A stretch of DNA of 64,000 bases, taken from assembly GCA_001794125.1 (NCBI GenBank), contig MGJF01000002.1, positions 37,751 through 101,750 of the forward strand, written 5' to 3'. This document shows, in pieces, positions 58,483 to 64,000 of this stretch. The DNA is from Candidatus Yanofskybacteria bacterium RIFCSPHIGHO2_01_FULL_43_32. Its GTDB lineage: Bacteria > Patescibacteriota > Minisyncoccia > 2-02-FULL-40-12 > GWA2-44-9. The notes below the pieces were generated by a model, which saw nothing but the letters and a program-made list of their open reading frames with translations, had not been told where the DNA came from and ran no database searches. Numbering within the stretch: position 1 is the stretch's first letter; the number at the start of each line of letters is the position of its first letter. Made by a program: the position numbers and the translations under genes.

Positions 58483-59733
58483 GTGAGAAGAATCCCCATA
58501 CTTGTCTTTTTGTGTGGCTTATCTATCGCTTGCGACAGCAACAATGGTCCGAGCTTCAGCCCAACGGCGCCAAGCACGAGCATCAGCGTCGAGGACCCGG
58601 CAACTTTACAGACCGTAACCAAGACCGGTCCGGCAAGCGTGAAACCGCTGAACGCGCGCGAAATCTGCGGCAACCCCAACGACTGGGAGCCGGATGATGC
58701 AGCGCTTCAGACCTGCTTGGACAAGGGGGGGAATATTGATCTTGAACCGGGTTTGCCGGGGTATATCGTGAACGGCCTCAATGGAGATGTAAACCGGGGG
58801 CTTCATCTGATCCGTTCGGGAACAGCTCTCGGGTCTTCCGGAGGAGCGAACAGAGCGCGTATCATTGCGGGAAGGGACTTGTTTGCCATAATCCTTCAGA
58901 CACAGGGCAGTGTAAGCAACTTCAGCATTCGGAATATTTCCTTTGACGGCATGGTTGATGAGATGGCCGAAGACGGCCCATACCGGCGAAGGCGTGGTGA
59001 GTGCATTGACGGCAGGGCGCCGGGAAATATTTTTCTTCAAGGCAATGGTTTCCAGTTCAAGGATAACGAATCCCAGCACGCAATGTGCGGAAGCGGCCTT
59101 GGTTTGATGGGTAGCGGCTATGATGTTCAGAATAATTACGTCTCTTACAACGGGCGGGATAAGAATTCCGGAGCGCCGGGAGCGCCATGGTCAGACGGGA
59201 TGACTGTTCTTTCCTGCGAACGCGGCTATATTGCACACAACGTTCTGGTGGATAATACGGATATTGACCTGGTGCTTGGCGGCGGGCGGGGATGCATTGT
59301 GGAGTTAAATACCATCGCCCACTTCGGCAATTATGCTTTCGCCGGGCTGAGCATCGGAAATTTCTCCGGCGGCGACCACACCGGTTCGGAATTCCGTGGA
59401 AATACGGTCTATTCCGGCGTTCCGGACAGATTGTCCATGGGAATTCTTGTCGGAAGCCATCCATGGTCAACCCAGGTCTGGGTTCACAATGCCGGCAGAG
59501 TTGTCGGAAACACTTCCTACGGTAACGTGCTCAACTTGATAGTTGAAGGCGTCCGGGGAGGAGAGGTAGTCGGCAACAATATTTATAATCCCCAGGGAAG
59601 CGATAGCGGATGCGGCAAACACAGCATGAATTATGTCGTTAACCCTGCCCATGTAACGAACACGAAACTGCAGGATGGCTGGACGCCACTCCAATTCGAT
59701 GAATGGGTTTGTGTTCCGGTAGCTGGCGAATAG
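58483..59733 (+). CDS. lipoprotein with right-handed parallel beta-helix (pectate-lyase-fold) repeats, GTG start
   Basis: Lipobox LVFLCGLSIAC; NVLVDNTDIDLVLGGGRGCIVELNTIAHFGNYAFAGLSIGNF...GNTVYSG beta-helix-like repeats; markedly higher GC than neighbours. Confidence 0.5.
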   Translation: MRRIPILVFLCGLSIACDSNNGPSFSPTAPSTSISVEDPATLQTVTKTGPASVKPLNAREICGNPNDWEPDDAALQTCLDKGGNIDLEPGLPGYIVNGLNGDVNRGLHLIRSGTALGSSGGANRARIIAGRDLFAIILQTQGSVSNFSIRNISFDGMVDEMAEDGPYRRRRGECIDGRAPGNIFLQGNGFQFKDNESQHAMCGSGLGLMGSGYDVQNNYVSYNGRDKNSGAPGAPWSDGMTVLSCERGYIAHNVLVDNTDIDLVLGGGRGCIVELNTIAHFGNYAFAGLSIGNFSGGDHTGSEFRGNTVYSGVPDRLSMGILVGSHPWSTQVWVHNAGRVVGNTSYGNVLNLIVEGVRGGEVVGNNIYNPQGSDSGCGKHSMNYVVNPAHVTNTKLQDGWTPLQFDEWVCVPVAGE

Positions 59734-59945
59734 CCAGCTTTTTAATTAGCTTTTGGAAATACTTATTGTATGTTTAAAAACATGAAAAAAATACTTTTGT
59801 TCTTAGCTATGTGAGAGACAGTTCAAGATAAGAATATTAGAATAGGAAACGAGGTTATCAAGGAAGTTATGAAATGGGCTCCGGTCTGCGGTTGGCCCAA
59901 GATTTACAGAGACATCAATTCTTGAACTGAAACGAAACGTCTAAG

Positions 59946-59984
59946 GGCGTTTTTTAATTTGACTGTTTAACTTTTTTGTTGTAG
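59946..59984 (+). repeat. direct repeat copy 2 (ggcgttttttaatttgactgtttaacttttttgttgtag)
   Basis: See copy 1; precedes pepA. Confidence 0.8.
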
Positions 59985-60019
59985 ATTTTGACAATCTCGA
60001 TCTTTGAAAAAGGGATACC

Positions 60020-61663
60020 ATGCCTCGTCAGTCGCCGGAAATTCAGTTCTTTTTTCAGTCGTTTTCTGCGATTGAATATCAGTCTGATACGCCCGTTCTT
60101 TGCTATGTTTTTGAAAACCAATCTGATATGATCTTGGCAAATACATTTCCTGAAGTTGAAAAAGCGCGGGAAATGCTGGACAAAGCCCGAGATCGCGGAA
60201 ATGAAACAGTTTCCATTTTTGGAGGATTGCGTGGCGACAAGATTATTCCTTTGGGGATTGTTTATATTAGACAGCCCTGGCGCCGCCGTGGACAATCTGC
60301 GTGGAATATAGACAGTATCAATTTTTACCGCGAGCTGTGGGAAAGAACAATGTTGGCGGCCAATCGTGTCCGCAGCGCCGGCTATACGGATTTTGTACTT
60401 GTTCTTCCGAGCAAGTTTCGTCCGGAAAATATCAGAAATGACCGATGCCAAGAACAGCGTCTCGGGAAGTTCATTCGCTCGGTTACAGAGGCGGTAATCT
60501 ATGCCAATCACTCGCTGGACGAACTTATTCAAGACGCTCCGCCATTGATCAAAAATGTAACGCTAACTTATTTCGGTGAAGAAGACCGCGAAGTCAATAA
60601 CTTTTTTCAGAGATCCATCGAAGAAGGCCAAGCAATCGGAGAAGAAACGGGCCGTGTTAGACAACTGACTGTTTTACCGTCAAACCTCAAGCACCCTCTT
60701 CAATTTGTGAATCGCGCAACAGGGGCAATTCCCAAGCCGAGAACTTCTAAAAGCAAGGCTTGGAGGCTGCTCAAAGGCCATCATTTCTCTTCAAGGACGA
60801 AGATTTCTTATCTCTACGGAAAAGAGGGAATTGAAAAATTCGGTTTTGGTCTTATCCATGCTGTAAGCAAGGGCAGTATGTACAATCCGATATTCCTGAA
60901 GGTCCATTATCGGCCATTGACCGACCGCCAAAAACCGGTAAAGAAAATTGTTCTTGTAGGCAAGGGGATTGTTTTTGACACAGGCGGCACTAATGCAAAA
61001 GATGATTCAAATCTTGAACGTATGAATTACGATATGGCTGGCGCCGCAATTGCGCTAAGAACCGTGAAGCTTGCGGATAAAATGGCTCTACCCGTTGAAT
61101 TGATCGCACTCGTGCCGATCGCCGAAAACGCCAACGGACCGGAAGCGGTACGGCCCAAGGATGTGGTCAAGGCCTATAACGGCAAAACAGTGGAGATTGT
61201 TAACACCGATGCGGAAGGCCGCCTTGTTTTGGCTGATGCTATTGCTTATGCCGAAAAACACCTGAAGGCTGATTGTACTATCACTATTGGGACGCTTGGC
61301 GATATGAGCGATATGGGACCTGATCTTATTAAAGTCGGGTTTGGCAACGACAAACTTCGCAAAAAGATAATTCGGGCTGAAAATATCTCGACGGAAAAAG
61401 TCATTCTTCTGCCAAGCATTGACCATTTAAACGAGGTCTACAATGAACATCTTGGCGACGTAAGCGACTTGTTAAGTTGTCCAGAATGGGATTATTTTCA
61501 TTCTGCGCCGTTTGTTTTTTTGTATAATTTCTTTAACGCAGAGAGACCGGAATGGATATTTGTTGACCCCAGTGCCTTGTTTGAAACTGATGCCGATAGC
61601 TATGGAGCAGGTCCCGGCTTTGGTGTCAAATTCATCTGGTATATTTTGAAACAGTATGTATAG
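60020..61663 (+). CDS. pepA: leucyl aminopeptidase (M17 family)
   Basis: GKGIVFDTGGTNAKDD, NTDAEGRLVLADAIAYA M17 signature. Confidence 0.9.
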   Translation: MPRQSPEIQFFFQSFSAIEYQSDTPVLCYVFENQSDMILANTFPEVEKAREMLDKARDRGNETVSIFGGLRGDKIIPLGIVYIRQPWRRRGQSAWNIDSINFYRELWERTMLAANRVRSAGYTDFVLVLPSKFRPENIRNDRCQEQRLGKFIRSVTEAVIYANHSLDELIQDAPPLIKNVTLTYFGEEDREVNNFFQRSIEEGQAIGEETGRVRQLTVLPSNLKHPLQFVNRATGAIPKPRTSKSKAWRLLKGHHFSSRTKISYLYGKEGIEKFGFGLIHAVSKGSMYNPIFLKVHYRPLTDRQKPVKKIVLVGKGIVFDTGGTNAKDDSNLERMNYDMAGAAIALRTVKLADKMALPVELIALVPIAENANGPEAVRPKDVVKAYNGKTVEIVNTDAEGRLVLADAIAYAEKHLKADCTITIGTLGDMSDMGPDLIKVGFGNDKLRKKIIRAENISTEKVILLPSIDHLNEVYNEHLGDVSDLLSCPEWDYFHSAPFVFLYNFFNAERPEWIFVDPSALFETDADSYGAGPGFGVKFIWYILKQYV

Positions 61664-61692
61664 CCCCTTAACTAAGGGGCCTTTTATTTTTA
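61663..61692 (+). terminator. rho-independent terminator
   Basis: gcccctta-ac-taaggggc followed by cttttattttt. Confidence 0.55.
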
Positions 61693-61716
61693 ACAATAAC
61701 AAGTTAGCATAAGATA

Positions 61717-62451
61717 ATGCCACGTGTTTCCAATACTCTTAAAATTTCCAGAAGCGGGTTGAAATTATTTCTTGATTGTCCGAGATGTTTTTGGCTGGAT
61801 GTCCACCATAAGGTCAAAAGGCCTCCAGGATACCCGTTCACGCTTTCAATAGCCGTCGACTACCTTGTTAAAAAAGAATTTGATACCTATCGCGAGAAGG
61901 GGACGCTTCCTCCGGTTTTAAAAAATTATGGAATCAAAGACGCCAAGTTGTTTAATGGCGATGAACTATCCGAATGGAGGAATAATTTTAAAGGTATTTC
62001 TTATTTTGACGAAGGCCTCAATGCTTATTTGTATGGCGCCGTTGATGACATGCTTGAATTTTCGGACGGCTCTCTGGGTGTTATTGATTATAAGTCCTCC
62101 GGCGCGAAAGAAATAACCATTTATGACGATTATCAGAAACAAATGGATGTATATAATTATATTTTAAAACAAAAAGGCCATGAAACTTATCCCGAAGCGT
62201 TCTTTGTTTTTTATAAAGTGATAAAAGAAGGAGAAACCGGCTTTGGAAATGCTTTAAAATTCACGGAAGAGGTCAGACCGGTCAAAGTTAATACCGAATG
62301 GGTCGGTCCGGCTTTTGAAAATGCCGTAGAGCTTGCCCGTTCTGGCATTCCTCCTGCTTCGGGCACAGCGGGAAAGGACGGCCATTGCGACCACTGCCAC
62401 TATGTGGAACTGGCCAGCCGGCATAAAGTAATACCTGACCTGAATATTTAA
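61717..62451 (+). CDS. Cas4-like / RecB-family PD-(D/E)XK nuclease with four-Cys cluster (DUF83-like), standalone
   Basis: N-terminal CPRC, motif II GAVDDML, motif III VIDYKSS (D-x-K), QKQMDVYNYIL (QhxxY), C-terminal CDHC. Confidence 0.55.
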   Translation: MPRVSNTLKISRSGLKLFLDCPRCFWLDVHHKVKRPPGYPFTLSIAVDYLVKKEFDTYREKGTLPPVLKNYGIKDAKLFNGDELSEWRNNFKGISYFDEGLNAYLYGAVDDMLEFSDGSLGVIDYKSSGAKEITIYDDYQKQMDVYNYILKQKGHETYPEAFFVFYKVIKEGETGFGNALKFTEEVRPVKVNTEWVGPAFENAVELARSGIPPASGTAGKDGHCDHCHYVELASRHKVIPDLNI

Positions 62452-62482
62452 AAAGCCCCGTGAATACGGGGCTTACTTACTG
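62452..62482 (-). terminator. rho-independent terminator for the aldehyde dehydrogenase gene
   Basis: agccccg-tgaata-cggggct with an A-run on + (T-run on -). Confidence 0.5.
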
Positions 62483-62492
62483 TCGGGGTGAT

Positions 62493-63992
62493 TTATATCT
62501 TAGCGGAAAGACCCTGAGCCATTTTGATATCAGTTCCGTAATTTATAGTGAAAGCACTCTCGTGAGAAAGATAATTGAATAGCCAGGCTGCCGATGGCAT
62601 TCCTGTTCCGGAACGGCGCATGCCGCCAAAAGGCAAATGAACTTCGGCCCCTATGCTCGGAAGATTCACATATTTAAGTCCGGCTTTTCCGCGGATCTTG
62701 AATTCACGCATTTTCCGGTAATCTTCCGTAATAAGGGCCATTGAAAGGCCATACTCCGTATCATTGGCGACAAATAATGCTTCCTCAAAATCTTTCACCG
62801 GAATTATCACTACGTTCGGAGTAAAGAATTCCTGACGGAGAGTAAATGTATTGGGGCGGTATTTCATTCTAAATACATTCGGTTCAGCAAAAAAACCTAC
62901 TCTGTGGGCATATCCCAGCTTAAGCGCTTCAGCTTCTGACAGAATCTCTGAACCATTTGAAAGGTGCTTATTCATCGCCCTTTCATTGATAAGCGGACCG
63001 GCAAAAACGTCAGGGTCGAATGGATTACCGAATTTGACCCGGGCGGTCATTTCCAGGAACTGTTTCGTAAATTCCGGTTCTACGGATTCCTCGACAATAA
63101 TAAGGTCTGCAGAAACACATCTTTGGTGAGTTGTCTTGAATGCCGAAAATACTGCTGCCCGAACGGCAAGTTCCATGTTGGCGTCTTTAAGAACAATGAG
63201 AGAATTCTTGCCCCCCATTTCACAAACAGAAAATTTCTCATGATGAGACGCGGCAATTTGCTTAACCTTAGAACCCACGGCATATGAGCCGGTGAACAAT
63301 TGGCCGACTGTGCCTTCGTGGCGGACAAGATATTCACCGACATCTCCCCGGCCGTGAACTAAATTAAGCACTCCTTTAGGAACGTTATGCTTCCTGGCAG
63401 CTCTGTCAAAAAGTTCCACCAAGACCTGCCCTGAAAAAGGAGTTTCTTCGGACGGTTTGAAAATTACCGGACAACCGGAAACAAGCGCCGGTCCGATAAG
63501 CCATGTTGGGATGGCAAAAGGGAAATTCCATGGCGTGATAACAGTACAAACACCGCGCGGACTAAGGTGGGTTTCAGCGTCTTTTTCCGGAATTTCAGAC
63601 GATATTTTGTAACCAATCGGATGTCTGCCTCGTGAGGCGCAGTATTGAAGCATGTGGATGCCTTCAACAACATCAGCCACAGCTTCATTGATATGTTTTC
63701 CGGACTCAAGAGTTATTAAGCGGGCTATATTTTCGATCTCAGATTTTATCAGCTGAACTAAGTCATCAATAACTTCGGCGCGTTTTACCCATGACCACCT
63801 GCTCGGGTCGCCCCATTCCTTGAAAGCTTCATTGGCCGAATCTACAGCGCTATTTACCTCTTCTTTCGTAGTTGCCGGAAAATAACCGATAACATCGCCG
63901 GTGGCCGGATTAACATTAGCCAAGCTATGCAAATCATGATGGCCCCACTCGCCCGCAATAAAATTATTGCCGCATTTTTCGATTTTTTTCAC
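62493..63992 (-). CDS. NAD(P)-dependent aldehyde dehydrogenase
   Basis: ITPWNFPFAIPTW, IFKPSEETP, SVCEMGGKNS (ELGGK variant), catalytic Cys region HQRCVSADLIIVEE. Confidence 0.85.
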   Translation of the reverse strand: MKKIEKCGNNFIAGEWGHHDLHSLANVNPATGDVIGYFPATTKEEVNSAVDSANEAFKEWGDPSRWSWVKRAEVIDDLVQLIKSEIENIARLITLESGKHINEAVADVVEGIHMLQYCASRGRHPIGYKISSEIPEKDAETHLSPRGVCTVITPWNFPFAIPTWLIGPALVSGCPVIFKPSEETPFSGQVLVELFDRAARKHNVPKGVLNLVHGRGDVGEYLVRHEGTVGQLFTGSYAVGSKVKQIAASHHEKFSVCEMGGKNSLIVLKDANMELAVRAAVFSAFKTTHQRCVSADLIIVEESVEPEFTKQFLEMTARVKFGNPFDPDVFAGPLINERAMNKHLSNGSEILSEAEALKLGYAHRVGFFAEPNVFRMKYRPNTFTLRQEFFTPNVVIIPVKDFEEALFVANDTEYGLSMALITEDYRKMREFKIRGKAGLKYVNLPSIGAEVHLPFGGMRRSGTGMPSAAWLFNYLSHESAFTINYGTDIKMAQGLSAKI

Positions 63993-64000
63993 TTTTTCTC

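Noticed and set aside
58351-59984. Interpreting the flanking repeats as transposon terminal inverted repeats
   Set aside because: The repeats are direct, not inverted, and no transposase or integrase is encoded between or near them

Overview
This 64-kb bacterial window has no rRNA, tRNA, CRISPR array, integrase or transposase that I could recognise. Two regions are distinct.

(A) Positions ~300-46,700 are one very large AT-rich cell-surface glycan biosynthesis island of the O-antigen / capsule / S-layer-glycan type. It has about 45 genes, nearly all on the + strand, often with overlapping stop/start junctions (ATGA, GTGA). It contains:
- a heptose-type GHMP kinase (HddA-like) and an RmlC-like epimerase;
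- three pairs of thiamine-diphosphate (ThDP) enzymes, namely two paralogous split transketolases and a pyruvate-dehydrogenase E1 alpha/beta pair, together with two SDRs and a TylF-like O-methyltransferase;
- a GDP-sugar deoxygenation module: a ColD-like 3-dehydratase with His in the Schiff-base position, Gmd, an Fcl/ColC-like reductase and an extra SDR;
- an aldo-keto reductase and two convergent cobalamin-dependent radical-SAM enzymes;
- a 905-aa pyruvate-kinase-like / ATP-sulfurylase / APS-kinase tri-domain fusion next to a putative sulfotransferase;
- a complete legionaminic/neuraminic-type nonulosonic-acid module (CMP-transferase, NeuB-like, NeuC-like, Fmt-like formyltransferase, DegT aminotransferase, PseB/LegB-like dehydratase, Gfo/Idh/MocA oxidoreductases);
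- a GT11 fucosyl/colitosyl-transferase, a GT42/Maf-like GNGPS transferase, two GT2 enzymes, a Wzx flippase, a Wzy/GT-C-like membrane protein, a pyruvoyl-dependent arginine decarboxylase, a WbaP-like initiating phosphoglycosyltransferase and a short UDP-glucose-dehydrogenase-family protein;
- two proteins with HExxH motifs and a PurD-like ATP-grasp protein at the distal end.

(B) Positions ~46,800-64,000 are housekeeping genes and cell-surface genes with visibly higher GC:
- hpf, then a DUF218 gene broken by an in-frame TAA;
- a ~320-nt GC-rich noncoding stretch that is a candidate structured RNA;
- secA and a cytidylyl/adenylyl-transferase fused to a diadenylate-cyclase-like domain;
- gpmI and two large secreted proteins that share an N-terminal module, one carrying tandem YAWGENxGWIxF repeats;
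- a strongly GC-rich beta-helix lipoprotein gene flanked by 37-39-bp direct repeats;
- pepA, a standalone Cas4-like PD-(D/E)XK nuclease and an aldehyde dehydrogenase.

All calls come from motif-level reading of the supplied translations and DNA. No database search was possible.
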